Shown one piece after another: positions 1-10,575 of a DNA stretch of 64,000 nucleotides (its first letter is position 1; every line of letters starts with the position of its first letter). The notes beneath the pieces are model-generated. The model worked only from the letters and a program-made list of their open reading frames with translations, was not told the origin of the DNA and made no database searches. The stretch lies in contig CAVUKB010000001.1 in the NCBI GenBank assembly GCA_963741955.1, positions 256,001-320,000 of the forward strand, in the 5' to 3' direction. The position numbers and the translations under genes are program-made. This DNA is from an uncultured Acidobacteriota bacterium. Lineage in GTDB: Bacteria; Acidobacteriota; Thermoanaerobaculia; Gp7-AA8.

Positions 1-3000
1 GGTCGGCAGCTCGATGGAGATCCTGAACCCGTCCGCTTCGTTGTCGGCCCGGATCGTTCCTCCGTGATCCTCGACCGACTTCCGGGCGATGGCGAGACCG
101 AGTCCGGTCCCGGTCGACTTGGTGGAGAAATACGGATCGAAGATTTTCGACAGGACCTCCGCGGCAACGCCGGGGCCGCTGTCCTTGACCGAGATCATCA
201 CTCTCCTGCCGGCTGCGCGGCTCGCGAACTCGACTCTTCCTCCGGGTGGAGTCGCCTGCAGGGCGTTCTCGAGAAGGTTCGCGATCGCGCTGCGCAGAAG
301 CCGTGAGTCTCCGACGAAGCGCTCCGGGGTGGAGCGGTCGATGTCCACGCGGAGCTCGATGCCCAAACCGTGGCTCTCGCGGTAGTCGTGTGCGATCTGC
401 TGGAGAAGCGTCTGCAGGTCGAACTCCTCCGACTTCGGTTCGCGGATCGATGCGTAGTCGCTGAACTCGCGGGAAGTCTCCTTCAGCGTCGCCACTTGAC
501 GGAGGATGCTCTCGACGCTGCTCACGACGACCGCAGGGAGACGCGGATCGTGGCGCTCGGCGACTGCTCTGAGATGCTCGGCGGTGAGCTGGATCGGCGT
601 GAGCGGGTTCTTGATCTCGTGAGCGACCTGACGGGCCATCTCCGCCCACGCTTCCAGCCGGTTGGAGCGGAGGATGTCGGTGACGTCCTCTGCGATGAGC
701 ATCTCTTCGTCGCCTCCGGGAAGAGGGACGATGGAGATGCGGAATGTTCGGATTCCTCCATCCATCGAGAGGGAGGTTTCGCCGGAGACGGGACCTCGGG
801 GCGGTCTGTGGTCCAGAACGCGCTGCACTTCGGCGTAAGGTGAGACGAACGGTCGTCCGACTGCGCTCTCGTCGAAGTGGAACAGCGCACGCGCGGCGTG
901 ATTGGTGGCCATGATTCTGGAATTCGCGTCGAGCACGACCACCGCGGCCTCGATGTTCTCCAGAAGAGTCTGCAGCCGGTCGCGCTCGTGGCGAAGATCC
1001 TCCTGCTGCCGTCGAATGGACTGTGCCATGTCGCCGAACGTCGAGACGAGGAGTCCGAGCTCCGGATCCTTGGCCGGAGTGACGGAGACTTCGAAATCGC
1101 CTCCCGCAACGCGCCGGGCGCCGAGGACCAGCTCCTGCACCGGGCGGGTGACGCGGCGCGCCGCACTGTACGCGACGGCGAGCGCCGCGAAGCCGATCAG
1201 GGTCAGCACGAGGTAGATCGTCGTCGCCAGATCGTTCACCTGAGACTCGATCTGCCGCGCCTGCACGATGAACGGAAGCGCGAGAGTGTAGTTCCCTTCC
1301 GGAGTGAGCGAGATCGGGCCGTAGATCTCGATGAACTTGGTCGGTCCGGAGGTCTGCTCCTCCCGCACCAGTTGGCTGCCGTGAATGATGATCGCGTCGT
1401 ACACCTGACCGGGAAGACGAGGCGACTCGATCCGTGCGGCGAAGAGGTCGCGGCGGCTCGATGCGAGCACCACGTCGTCCCGGTAGAGATGGAGATCGTG
1501 CCCGATCACCCGGGCGAGCCACGTGAGGATCGCGTCGTCGAGCACCGCCTCGGGATTCTGATTGGAAGTCGAGGCGAGATAATCTTCGATCACCCTCTGA
1601 GCGGTGTTGAATGCCGACTGTCCCTGCTCGAGGTACTCCGTCTCGAGGCGGTCCGCGAGATACGCGCGGACGAAGAGGACGAAGATGATCAACGGCACGA
1701 TCACCACCGCGGTGAGGTAAAGAGAGGTCCGGGCCTGAAATCCGAGCTTCCTCGGGAAGCCGCGCGCGAAAAGTGAAGGTGCGACCCTCAGCCCGAGAAG
1801 AACCAGTCCGGCCAGCAGTGCCCAGACCGCGATACTCCCGCCGCGACGCAGCTTCTGCGGCGTCGATGGCTCGGTGAGTGGAAACGCGTACAGCGCGCTC
1901 ATTCCCCGTCGCAGGAATATCCTCATCTCCGGGTCTCTCAGCGAGCGCACCCAGCGTCCCTCGCCGGGTTTCATCGCGGACATGTACCAGGAGGGGCGTC
2001 GCGGAAGCCGCACGCCCGGACGGCCGTGTAGCGTTCCCTGGGCATCGAACACGACCGGCTCGCCGGGATGCTGCAGCACGGCAAACGAACGGTCGCGTCC
2101 CCGGAGGTAGAAATCGCGATAGATGTCGGAGGAGGCGACGACCGCAGGATCGGTCGGGCTGAGAAGATGCACGCTGCCGAACGCGACGACCTCGCCGTAG
2201 TCGGTGAGCTTGAAATCGTGATGAATCAGCTCACGGCTGAACTTCCCGACCTGCACCGTCTCCCGCTCCGCCCGACCGACGTCCGCCGGAAGCTGAGGCA
2301 GACCGACGCCGAACCGGCTGATGGGTCGACCGGTGTAGTCGGTGACGGTGATCGCCGCAGGAATGTTCCACCGGGAAAGATCGGAGCGGGACCAGAGGGA
2401 GAAGGCGAGATCGCCCAGACTGGTATTGGTGAAGGAGGAGGGGAGGAAGTCGTCCAGATCGACGTTGGTGAAATCCTTCTCCAGGGTGTTCTCGATCATG
2501 GTCCGGAGCTGTCCGGTCTCGCCCGCGACGAGAGGCGCATAGGTATCGGAGACGAAGCGCGCCGCGGAGACGCTCTCGAAGATCGAGACGGGAGGATAGA
2601 TCACCAGCACCACCAGGAGTGCGCGAAGGACCGTCGCGACGGGCCGAGCCTCGTAGAGTGCGTCGACCACGAATCCGAGAACGATCGCCAGCGCGATCGC
2701 ACCGAACGCCGTCCTCTGTGCGTTGTCCGGAATCACGAGAGCGACCACACCACACGCGAAGATCGCACCGATGATCGGGACGGCCGCCCGGCGGAGAGGA
2801 AGCGCGGGACGGGTCCACTGCAGGAGCGCGAATCCGAAGATCACCAGGGCGGCGAGAAGAACTCCCTGGGCAGGAAACGACGGAACGATGTGATCGGGAA
2901 TCGGCGGGATCCGGCTGTTGTCGACCAGGTTCCGCACCAGATCTGAAAAAAGATACGCGCCCCCTGCGGCCGCGAAGACGCTGATCACTCCGCGGGTCCG

Positions 3001-4128
3001 GACTCCCACGAACTGTGCGACTTCGTGGAAGGTCAGCAGAAAAAGCACGGCGGTCAGCAAAAGCGCGATCGGTGAGCTCGACAGCGGGCCGAGGATGGTG
3101 GAACCGTAAAGCTCGAAGCCGAAGAGGTGGAGCGGATCGCGGGAGACGTGAACGCCGAGAAGCGCGAGGCGGATCAGCACCAGAATGGGGACAGTGATCG
3201 CGAGACGTCGCAGCGCGTCGCGGAGCGAAGCCGTCCGGCGACCGTAACGGGTGAAGAGCTCGCGGAGAAGAAATGCGAGCGCGATCGCGAGGACGATCGA
3301 GCTGGCGCTGGATGCGTCGCCGCGGATCCAGTCGAGCACTTCCTGCCGGTCGTGCAGACCGACGTCGACGTAGAGCGAGGACGAAGGGCCGCGTCCGATC
3401 ACGAACCGCCGCGCTCCCTTCAGGAGATCGAGGGTTCCACCATGGAGCTTCAGAGAGGAGATCCACGGAGATGCCGGATGTCCGGTGAGATCGGCGGGAT
3501 CGGTGTCGATCCCGTTCGGTATCCGCTCGTAGTGATCGATGCTCCAGGTGCCGCCGTTGCCAGGGAACTGAGCCCGGTGCACGAGGTAGAGATTCGTGAC
3601 GTCGAACTGGTAGACGTCGGGGCGGCGGGACGGAAGGTACTCCCCCCACCATGCTGCGATCGCCCCGCTCGGTGCGATCACGCGAAAGCCTCGATTGGCC
3701 CGGTCGTTGTTGCGGCCGAGGATCGCGAAGAGATTGGAACGGTTGGTGGTCGCGTGCTCGGAGCCGATCTGCCGAACCGCGCGGTCGGTGGACTCCCGCA
3801 GCTCCCGGCTCTTCTCCGCGATCATCGACTCGATCTCATGAGCGGCCGCCGCGCTGTGTGCCGCCGAGCGGATGGTGAACTCCGCGCCGATGCGACGCCC
3901 CACCGCCCATCCACCGAAGTCGATCACTCCCGTCACCGCAACCGCGACGGCGAAGAGCCGCAGCGATCGGGTTCGTCCGGCGAGGATCGCGACGAGGGAG
4001 AGAATGATGACGGCGAGGGAGACGCCGAGGGGCGGGGATGCGGGGACCGTGGCGATGCGCGCTCCGACCGCCGCGGTCACGAGCACCGCGGAGATCAGAT
4101 CGCGAACGGTGCCACGTGCGGGTTTCAC
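1..4128 (-). CDS. Large multi-pass membrane sensor histidine kinase, NtrY-like (HAMP-PAS-HisKA-HATPase); 3' end runs off the window
   Basis: Hand translation of the minus strand gives H-box [22 protein letters not shown] (~590-660) and G2 box [14 protein letters not shown] (~80-120); many hydrophobic segments upstream; in-frame GTG at 4128. Absent from the ORF track because no stop lies in the window. Confidence 0.85.
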   Translation of the reverse strand, partial: MKPARGTVRDLISAVLVTAAVGARIATVPASPPLGVSLAVIILSLVAILAGRTRSLRLFAVAVAVTGVIDFGGWAVGRRIGAEFTIRSAAHSAAAAHEIESMIAEKSRELRESTDRAVRQIGSEHATTNRSNLFAILGRNNDRANRGFRVIAPSGAIAAWWGEYLPSRRPDVYQFDVTNLYLVHRAQFPGNGGTWSIDHYERIPNGIDTDPADLTGHPASPWISSLKLHGGTLDLLKGARRFVIGRGPSSSLYVDVGLHDRQEVLDWIRGDASSASSIVLAIALAFLLRELFTRYGRRTASLRDALRRLAITVPILVLIRLALLGVHVSRDPLHLFGFELYGSTILGPLSSSPIALLLTAVLFLLTFHEVAQFVGVRTRGVISVFAAAGGAYLFSDLVRNLVDNSRIPPIPDHIVPSFPAQGVLLAALVIFGFALLQWTRPALPLRRAAVPIIGAIFACGVVALVIPDNAQRTAFGAIALAIVLGFVVDALYEARPVATVLRALLVVLVIYPPVSIFESVSAARFVSDTYAPLVAGETGQLRTMIENTLEKDFTNVDLDDFLPSSFTNTSLGDLAFSLWSRSDLSRWNIPAAITVTDYTGRPISRFGVGLPQLPADVGRAERETVQVGKFSRELIHHDFKLTDYGEVVAFGSVHLLSPTDPAVVASSDIYRDFYLRGRDRSFAVLQHPGEPVVFDAQGTLHGRPGVRLPRRPSWYMSAMKPGEGRWVRSLRDPEMRIFLRRGMSALYAFPLTEPSTPQKLRRGGSIAVWALLAGLVLLGLRVAPSLFARGFPRKLGFQARTSLYLTAVVIVPLIIFVLFVRAYLADRLETEYLEQGQSAFNTAQRVIEDYLASTSNQNPEAVLDDAILTWLARVIGHDLHLYRDDVVLASSRRDLFAARIESPRLPGQVYDAIIIHGSQLVREEQTSGPTKFIEIYGPISLTPEGNYTLALPFIVQARQIESQVNDLATTIYLVLTLIGFAALAVAYSAARRVTRPVQELVLGARRVAGGDFEVSVTPAKDPELGLLVSTFGDMAQSIRRQQEDLRHERDRLQTLLENIEAAVVVLDANSRIMATNHAARALFHFDESAVGRPFVSPYAEVQRVLDHRPPRGPVSGETSLSMDGGIRTFRISIVPLPGGDEEMLIAEDVTDILRSNRLEAWAEMARQVAHEIKNPLTPIQLTAEHLRAVAERHDPRLPAVVVSSVESILRQVATLKETSREFSDYASIREPKSEEFDLQTLLQQIAHDYRESHGLGIELRVDIDRSTPERFVGDSRLLRSAIANLLENALQATPPGGRVEFASRAAGRRVMISVKDSGPGVAAEVLSKIFDPYFSTKSTGTGLGLAIARKSVEDHGGTIRADNEADGFRISIELPT

Positions 4129-4191
4129 TTCCTGCAGAATATCATCCGCGCAGACTCCTGAAGGTGCGGCGGGGGGCTTCCCCCCGTCGCA

Positions 4192-4632
4192 CTACTTCCC
4201 CGCGGAGCGGACTGAAACGAGAGACCAGCTTCCGTTCGAGTTCTGATGGAGGGTGACGTACAGCTCGCGTGCCTCCGGTGAACCGGACGGCTGGATGGTC
4301 CACGTTCCGGTGATGATGTACTGCCCCTCGGCGCTGTTCTTCCTCGCGCTGCTCTGCTGGAAGCCGGCCGGTTTCGCTTTCTGAAACAGCTTGTCGAGAA
4401 GGAGCGCCGCCTGGTCGCGGCCGAAGAACCCCGACTCGTCGATCAGTCCCGGGAACTGCAGCATCACCTTGTCTCCAGCCGCCATTCCGGAAACCACCGC
4501 CCGGCTCTCACCGCGGCCGAATCCGGACGAGATGGCCTGCATTCCGGAGTCGAGGTCGGAGAATCCCTGGGCCGATGCGATCACCGGCACGGCGAGCAGC
4601 AGAACGGCTGCGAGAGTGAGTGTCTTTTTCAT
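4192..4632 (-). CDS. Secreted hypothetical protein (possibly NTF2-like/DUF4783-like)
   Basis: Signal peptide MKKTLTLAAVLLLAVPVIASA; same orientation as neighbours. Confidence 0.65.
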   Translation of the reverse strand: MKKTLTLAAVLLLAVPVIASAQGFSDLDSGMQAISSGFGRGESRAVVSGMAAGDKVMLQFPGLIDESGFFGRDQAALLLDKLFQKAKPAGFQQSSARKNSAEGQYIITGTWTIQPSGSPEARELYVTLHQNSNGSWSLVSVRSAGK

Positions 4633-4734
4633 GATGTTCTCCACGCGCATCAGAACCATACGCACTCACTGGTTATTCTAGACTCGTGCCGATGTAAAGT
4701 ACAGAACGAGCGATACTTATCTGCGGCTTTCGCC

Positions 4735-5454
4735 TCATTTGGAGGGCGGTCCGTCCTCCGCGAGTGACGAGTCGCCGAGACCGCGGCGGACCAGCTCGTC
4801 ACGAAAGTCGGCCGGGAGCGGCGCCTCGACTTCGAGTGGTTCCCCATGCACCGGGTGCGTCATCACCAGCCGGTGTGCGTGCAGCATCGGACGGCTCGCG
4901 TCACGGTCGCCGTACAGCCAGTCGCCGACCAGCGGATGCCCGATCGCGGCGAGATGGACGCGTATCTGGTGCGTTCGTCCGGTGTGAAGCCGGATCGCGA
5001 GGAGAGTCCCTGCGTCGCCGGAGATCAGAGGCGTGAGTGAAGTGATCGCGCGCCGGCCTCCTTCGCCGACTCCGAACTGGATCGCACCGATCCGCTCGAT
5101 CGGCGCGTCGATGGTCTGAGCGTCGCGGAGCTGGCCGCGGCAGAGGGCGAGATAGAGTTTCCGTATCGTTCCGCGCTCGAAGCTGCGGGTCACCCGCCGG
5201 TTCACCTTCGACTGCTTGGTGAAGAAGATCACTCCGCTGGTTCCGCGGTCGAGGCGCTGCATCAGGAACGCCGATTCGCCTCGAGCGGCGAGAAGGTCGC
5301 GGACGGAGTCGAAGAGCACCGGCTCGTCGGGATCGTAGCCCCGTTGGACGACGAACCCCGGCGGCTTGTTGACGAAGATCAGTGCCTCGTCTTCGTAGAG
5401 GATCTCGAACGAAGGCGTGGCGCGGTCAGTCGCCGTAGAGAAGGAATTCTTCAC
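4735..5454 (-). CDS. RluA-family RNA pseudouridine synthase
   Basis: Motifs VNKPPG, QRLDRGTSG, TGRTHQIRVH, GHPLVGDWLYG, MLHA; start estimated. Confidence 0.92.
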   Translation of the reverse strand: MKNSFSTATDRATPSFEILYEDEALIFVNKPPGFVVQRGYDPDEPVLFDSVRDLLAARGESAFLMQRLDRGTSGVIFFTKQSKVNRRVTRSFERGTIRKLYLALCRGQLRDAQTIDAPIERIGAIQFGVGEGGRRAITSLTPLISGDAGTLLAIRLHTGRTHQIRVHLAAIGHPLVGDWLYGDRDASRPMLHAHRLVMTHPVHGEPLEVEAPLPADFRDELVRRGLGDSSLAEDGPPSK

Positions 5455-6619
5455 GTGCACGTGCGAACTCCCGGAGTGGCTCTTCCCATTCCGCGATCCA
5501 GCTCTCCACGTCGCCTCCCGACTCGATGAGCGTCCGGAAGCGATCCGTTCCGGCGAGAAGGTCGATCGCGAGTCGGTCGGAGACGTACTCGTACGGCTCG
5601 CGCCGCCAATCGAACCGCGCCGGATCCATGGCACGAGCGACCTCGATACAGCGGAGTCCGGTCCGGTACGGCTCGAAAGTCCGGCGGTCGGTCACGTGCA
5701 GCTCCACGCCGCCACAGACCTCGCCTGCGTGCTTGTGGAAGGTCGGCTGGAAATAGTGCGGGCGGAAGCGGATTCCGGGAAGCTCGAGCGCGTTGAGGCG
5801 GTCGGCGAGCTCGAACGGCTGGAGCCACGGCGCTCCGAACAGCTCGAACGGATGGGTGGTGCCGCGTCCTTCGCTCAGGTTCGTTCCTTCGATCAGGCAC
5901 ATTCCGGGATAGACCGCGGCGGTGGTGACGGTGGGCATGTTCGGTGAGGGGATCACCCAGGGGAGACCGGTGTCTTCCCACCACATCGATCGCTTCCAGT
6001 TGCGCATCGGCACGACCACCAGATCGCAACCGAACTCGAACCGCGCATTGAAGTAGCGCGCGAGCTCGCCCGCCGTCATTCCGTGACGCGTGGGGAGCGG
6101 GAACAGCCCGACGAAGCTCGCATACTTCTCCTCTCCGATGTTTCCCTCGAGGTGAATCCCGTCGATCGGATTCGGCCGGTCGAGGACGATCACCCGCACG
6201 CCGACTTTCGCCGCTTCGCGCATGGAAAGAGCCATGGTGTAGATGAACGTGTAATAGCGCGATCCGACGTCCTGCAGGTCGACCACCAGAGCGTCGATGG
6301 TGCGGAGCACGCTGGCGGGAGGTGAGAGCTGTTCCGGGCTGCTTCCGTAAAGGGAGTAGACGTCGAGACCAGTGAGGGGATCGACGGTGTGATCCACGTG
6401 AGCCATGTCCTGCGCGTCGCCCCAGATTCCGTGCTCGGGACCGAAGAGGACGGTCAGCTGCCACTCTCGTCCGGCATGGAGCAGCCGGGCGGCGTGCCGA
6501 AGGTCGCGGGTGACCGCGGAGTGATTGGTGACCAGACCGATCCGCTTGCCGACGATCGGGGAGGGGTCGTCGATGAGCACTTCGAGACCGGGTTGGACGG
6601 GGGGCGAGGGTGTACGCAT
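5426..6619 (-). CDS. namZ: Exo-beta-N-acetylmuramidase NamZ family (DUF1343/YbbC)
   Basis: GLVTNHS, FGPEHG, DLQDVGSRYYT, LDRPNP, RHGMTAGELA, PSPNMP, SEGRGT. Confidence 0.9.
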   Translation of the reverse strand: MRTPSPPVQPGLEVLIDDPSPIVGKRIGLVTNHSAVTRDLRHAARLLHAGREWQLTVLFGPEHGIWGDAQDMAHVDHTVDPLTGLDVYSLYGSSPEQLSPPASVLRTIDALVVDLQDVGSRYYTFIYTMALSMREAAKVGVRVIVLDRPNPIDGIHLEGNIGEEKYASFVGLFPLPTRHGMTAGELARYFNARFEFGCDLVVVPMRNWKRSMWWEDTGLPWVIPSPNMPTVTTAAVYPGMCLIEGTNLSEGRGTTHPFELFGAPWLQPFELADRLNALELPGIRFRPHYFQPTFHKHAGEVCGGVELHVTDRRTFEPYRTGLRCIEVARAMDPARFDWRREPYEYVSDRLAIDLLAGTDRFRTLIESGGDVESWIAEWEEPLREFARAREEFLLYGD

Positions 6620-6634
6620 GTCAGTCTTCGCTCC

Positions 6635-7132
6635 TCATGTGGGACGGTGCGCCGTTCTCCCGCGGAGGAGATCGAGCACGTGCGGGATCAGATGGAGGAC
6701 GCTGCGCAGGTTCTCGGTGGCGCCGCGGGTGCCTCCTGGGAGATTCACGACCAGTGCCGGACCGCGGATCGCAGCCTGGCAACGGGAGAGGGGAGCCATT
6801 TTCGTCGAGCGGAGCGACTCGGCGCGCATGAGTTCACCGAATCCCGGAATTTTCTTCTGCGTGACGTCGTCTGTGGCTTCCGGGGTCACGTCTCGCGGGG
6901 CGACTCCGGTCCCGCCGGTGGTCACCACGAGATCGATCGAGTCGCGGTCGACTGCTTCGACGATCGCATTCGCGATGTCCGACCTCTCGTCGGGGAGGAC
7001 GACGATCGCGTCGACCTGGTAGCCTTCCGCGGCGAGGATGTCGCGAACTGCGGGACCGGAACGATCTTCGCGCTCGCCCCGCGAGGCGGCATCGCTGCAC
7101 GTGATCACCCGGGCTCGAAACGCTTCGCGCAT
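6635..7132 (-). CDS. MogA/MoaB molybdopterin adenylyltransferase
   Basis: TCSD, REDRSG, TTGGTGVAPRDVTPEAT, NLPG. Confidence 0.92.
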   Translation of the reverse strand: MREAFRARVITCSDAASRGEREDRSGPAVRDILAAEGYQVDAIVVLPDERSDIANAIVEAVDRDSIDLVVTTGGTGVAPRDVTPEATDDVTQKKIPGFGELMRAESLRSTKMAPLSRCQAAIRGPALVVNLPGGTRGATENLRSVLHLIPHVLDLLRGRTAHRPT

Positions 7133-7172
7133 CGGCGGGTATCTTCACTGCTCGGGACGGAAAGCGCAAGGT

Positions 7173-7290
7173 GAGGGACGAGAGACGAGAGACGAGGGAC
7201 GAGAGACGAGAGGCGAGAGGCGAGAGACGAGAGACGAGGAGCAAGAGGTGAGGAGCAAGAGGTGAGGGGTGAGAGGTAAGGGGTGAGAGG
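7173..7290. repeat. 7-bp tandem array (GAGAGAC/GAGGGAC/GAGAGGC/GAGAGGT)
   Basis: About 17 degenerate heptamers read directly. Confidence 0.9.
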
Positions 7291-7466
7291 CATGCGCCCA
7301 AATTCTGAGGAGCGAAGTGATGAGACCGCGGCCGACGAATGCAGAATGGAGAGTTCAGTGTTCAGAATCAGGCGCCAACGGCGCGCGACGGCCACCTTTG
7401 AACACACGAATGGCGGGAGCGAATTGAAGAATCGTCCTCCTGCCCCGAAGGGGCAACGGAGATTAG

Positions 7467-7643
7467 CCCGCATTTCTCACACCGTCTCGTCGCGAGCAGG
7501 CGGAGAGTGGCTTGGATGCAAGGCGCGCGCAGCTTCGGCGACGAAGGCATAGTGGTGACTATGTTGAGGAGCCGAAGCTGTGCGCAACGTAGCAGACAGG
7601 CCGCTATCCGTCTCCGCAGCAGAGATGGTGTGAGAAATGCGGG
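7467..7643. mobile_element. Palindromic MITE-like element, 177 bp
   Basis: TIRs CCCGCATTTCTCACACCGTCTC / GAGATGGTGTGAGAAATGCGGG; TTAG on both flanks (7463-7466, 7644-7647); interior is an imperfect palindrome. Confidence 0.75.
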
Positions 7644-7725
7644 TTAGCCGGTGGCTGCCGCGAAGCGGCCGCCACCGGAGAGAGAGGAGCGCGATCATTC
7701 GTCGCACCCCGGCGAGAGCGAGACG

Positions 7726-8817
7726 ATGATGATGCTGCGGAGTGACTTCAGCTACGAGCTGCCGGAGGAGCGGATCGCACAGGAGCCGCGCCCCCGAGGA
7801 CGATCGCGGATGCTGGTGGTCGAGCCTGGTGAGGGCGTGCCGCACCTCGAGGACCGTTCTTTCGCCGACTTTCCGTCGCTCCTCGACACGCGTGACATCC
7901 TCGTGCTCAACGACACGAAGGTCTTTCCGGCAAGACTTCACGCGCGGCCACTCGGCAACATGAAGAACCGGATCGAGGTGCTCCTCGTGCGGAGAGTCGG
8001 ACCTCTTCGATGGGAAGCGTGGTGCCGCCCCGCGCGGCGGGTCTCCGAAGGAAGCCGGCTCGAGTTCTCCGAGAGTCTTTCCGCGACGGTGGTGGGGAAA
8101 GAATCCGACGGAATTACGGTGCTCTTCGATCTGCCGGGAGAGAATACCGGAGCTTCGGAAGCCCGGTTCTGGGAGGAGATCGAACGGGTCGGCGAGCCGC
8201 CGCTTCCTCCTTACATTCATCGGGACGAAGTCAGCGAGAGCGATCGGGATGCGTATCAGACGGTCTACGCAGCGAAACGCGGCGCGATCGCGGCACCGAC
8301 CGCGGGGCTGCATTTCACCGAGCGGATCCTCCATGACATCGAGTCGAAGGGAATCGAGATCGTTCGCCTGACGCTCCACGTCGGGCTCGGCACGTTCAAG
8401 CCGGTGAAGGTCGATCGGATCGCCGATCACGTGATGGAGAGCGAACAGTACGAAATCTCCCCCCAGGCTGCGGCGTCGCTCAACCGTGCGCTCGACGAGA
8501 GACGGCGGATCGTCGCGGTCGGAACCACCTCCGTGCGCGCGCTCGAAGCCGCGATCCGGGCGGGAGAGGGGAGCTTTCCCGCGGGGAGAGCTCAGACCTC
8601 GATCTTCATCACGCCGGGCTTCGAGTTCAAGGCTGTGGACCGCCTCCTGACGAATTTTCACCTTCCGGAATCGACGCTTCTGATGCTGGTGTCGGCGTTC
8701 GCGGGTCTGGAAACGATCCGGACGGCGTACCGGCACGCGATCGAGGCGGGGTATTTCTTTTACAGCTTCGGGGACTGCATGTTGCTGGAGCGGCGAGCGG
8801 CGAGCGACGAGCGGTGA
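7726..8817 (+). CDS. queA: S-adenosylmethionine:tRNA ribosyltransferase-isomerase
   Basis: DFSYELPEERIAQEP, NDTKVFPARL, PLPPYI, AAPTAGLHF, TNFHLPESTL, YSFGDCML. Confidence 0.97.
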   Translation: MMMLRSDFSYELPEERIAQEPRPRGRSRMLVVEPGEGVPHLEDRSFADFPSLLDTRDILVLNDTKVFPARLHARPLGNMKNRIEVLLVRRVGPLRWEAWCRPARRVSEGSRLEFSESLSATVVGKESDGITVLFDLPGENTGASEARFWEEIERVGEPPLPPYIHRDEVSESDRDAYQTVYAAKRGAIAAPTAGLHFTERILHDIESKGIEIVRLTLHVGLGTFKPVKVDRIADHVMESEQYEISPQAAASLNRALDERRRIVAVGTTSVRALEAAIRAGEGSFPAGRAQTSIFITPGFEFKAVDRLLTNFHLPESTLLMLVSAFAGLETIRTAYRHAIEAGYFFYSFGDCMLLERRAASDER

Positions 8818-9006
8818 GAGGCGAGAGGTGAGAGGCGAGAGGCGAGAGGCGAGAGGCGAGAGACGAGAGGCGAGAGGTGAGAGGTGAGAGGTGAGAGGTG
8901 AGAGGTGAGAGGTGAGAGGCGAGAGGTGAGAGGCGAGAGACGGGAGACGAGAGGCGGGAGACGGGAGGCGGGAGACGGGAGGCGGGAGACGGGAGGCGGG
9001 AGACGG
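8814..9006. repeat. 7-bp tandem array (GAGAGGC/GAGAGGT/GGGAGAC/GGGAGGC)
   Basis: About 27 units starting at the queA stop. Confidence 0.92.
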
Positions 9007-9056
9007 GTTTGATGGCTGCTGGGCCTACTCCTCGACAGATCGCTCCGGATACGTGA

Positions 9057-9344
9057 ATGATTGTTGACTTTACTCCTCTGAACAAGGGCGTCGAGGCGCG
9101 GGAGGACGAGACGGTGCTCGACGCGGCGCGCCGCGTCGGGGCGCCGATCGGGAACGCATGCGGCGGGGTCGGGGTGTGTGCCCGCTGCGTCATCAGAGTC
9201 GTCTCGGGTGGAGAGAACCTCGGCGAGGCCAGCTCGACCGAGCGCCGTGTCGCGGAGCGGTTCGGGCTCGCTGAAGATCAGCGCCTCGCCTGCCAGACCG
9301 TAGTGCACGGCGACTGCACCGTCACCGCCGACTACTGGCGGTGA
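9057..9344 (+). CDS. 2Fe-2S ferredoxin
   Basis: CGGVGVCARC...RLACQ. Confidence 0.92.
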   Translation: MIVDFTPLNKGVEAREDETVLDAARRVGAPIGNACGGVGVCARCVIRVVSGGENLGEASSTERRVAERFGLAEDQRLACQTVVHGDCTVTADYWR

Positions 9345-9560
9345 GGGCGGGGTCGGGGTCGGGGATCGGGGGCCAGGGACAGCCCCGTAGGGGCGGTTGA
9401 ACCATCCCACGCCCTCGGAGGTCGAGGGCTCGAGGCTCGGCGGTCAGGGACAGCCCCGCAGGGGCGTTTGACAATCGCCCTGGCAGATCGGGCTCGATGT
9501 CGCGCCTCTCCATCCCCGGCCCCCTGACCCCCGATCCCTATCCCCCGACCCCTGTCCCCC
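9345..9560. repeat. REP-like cluster: two CAGGGACAGCCCCGYAGGGGCG copies between oppositely oriented G-rich and C-rich degenerate arrays
   Basis: Copies at 9374 and 9445; GGGGTC/GGGGATC run at 9349-9373 and CCCCTGA/CCCCCGA run at 9514-9560. Confidence 0.6.
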
Positions 9561-9663
9561 GCATCTTTTCTCCGGCGTCACAAAAACTTTTCGTGTCCGG
9601 GTCGAACTTCTCCCTCGATTTTTCGTCTACTAGTAGCAGAGCCGAAAGAGGAGGGCCGAGGCG

Positions 9664-10050
9664 ATGACTACGACACGATCCATCGAGTGGACAATTGCTG
9701 AGGAGCTTCTCGCCTCTCTCCCGGGTGCCCCGGTCGAGCTGGCGGAGGAGACCGAGGACGTTCTGCGGTTTCACGTACGTCGCATGAGAGGATGGAAGCT
9801 GACCACCATCGTGCTCTGCAGGAAGAGCCTGGCGGCGCTCGCGGAGGATCCGGTGCGCGAGATCAAGCTCGACTATCTCCGGCGCGATCTGGAGCGGGCG
9901 GTCGGCACCCGCAAGGTCTTCAGCTACCCGCGCTACATTCGAGGGGAGAAGGCGTTGGTGCGGGAGGAGGAGAGCCCGGCGTCGCGGCGTCTCCGGGAGG
10001 CCCGCCGGCGCGCCTCCGTTCTGACGGTTCGAGCGGTCGCAGCTTTATAG
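9664..10050 (+). CDS. Hypothetical protein
   Basis: GGAGG RBS upstream, plausible ORF, no recognised motif. Confidence 0.6.
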   Translation: MTTTRSIEWTIAEELLASLPGAPVELAEETEDVLRFHVRRMRGWKLTTIVLCRKSLAALAEDPVREIKLDYLRRDLERAVGTRKVFSYPRYIRGEKALVREEESPASRRLREARRRASVLTVRAVAAL

Positions 10051-10066
10051 TTTGTAAAATTGTGAC

Positions 10067-10095
10067 TTGCCGTTCCGTCTAATTGGGCGAATAAT
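10067..10095 (+). promoter_or_regulatory. Putative sigma70 promoter (leaderless type) for the Lrp gene
   Basis: TTGCCG-17 bp-AATAAT, 6 nt before ATG 10102. Confidence 0.45.
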
Positions 10096-10101
10096 GCCGC
10101 C

Positions 10102-10575
10102 ATGTCCGACAAATTGGACGTGGCGGATCTCGCCATCCTCGATATTCTGACCCGAGACGGGCGCGCCAGCATCTCGACGATCGCGCATCAGGTGGGTCTC
10201 TCGCGCCCCACTGTCGCGGAACGGATCGAGCGGATGGAGGCGTCGGGCGTTCTCCGCGGAATCACTGCCGCGGTGGATCCGGTGGCGATCGGCCGGGAGA
10301 TCACGGCCTTCATCTTCGCTCACTCTTCGGCATCCGACGCATCGATGAAGCGGATGTTCCGGAGTCTGGCCGACCAGGGGGACGTGCTCGAGATCCACAC
10401 CGTAGCGGGGGAAGACTGCTACGTGATGAAAGTGCGGACGGATTCGATCGCCTCTCTGAACACGCTGGTCTCTTCGCTTCAGTCTCCGCCGTTCTCCCTG
10501 ACCACACGAACGACCATCGTTCTCGAGACGCAGTTCGAGAAGGTGGGGGGAATCTCGATCCAGGATCCGGCATGA
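10102..10575 (+). CDS. Lrp/AsnC transcriptional regulator
   Basis: N-terminal HTH (IAHQVGLSRPTVAERIERME), C-terminal HTVAGEDCYVMKV. Confidence 0.95.
   Translation: MSDKLDVADLAILDILTRDGRASISTIAHQVGLSRPTVAERIERMEASGVLRGITAAVDPVAIGREITAFIFAHSSASDASMKRMFRSLADQGDVLEIHTVAGEDCYVMKVRTDSIASLNTLVSSLQSPPFSLTTRTTIVLETQFEKVGGISIQDPA

Noticed and set aside
4147-4159. 13-bp match (CGCGCAGACTCCT) to the 53.8-kb MITE end
   Set aside because: No partner arm or CTAG flank; too short to separate from chance
6834-9410. ORFs with SRLSPL/SHLSPL repeats (6834-7301, 7105-7473, 8627-9193, 8760-9410; likewise 40417-40804)
   Set aside because: Translations of non-coding 7-bp arrays that overlap real genes
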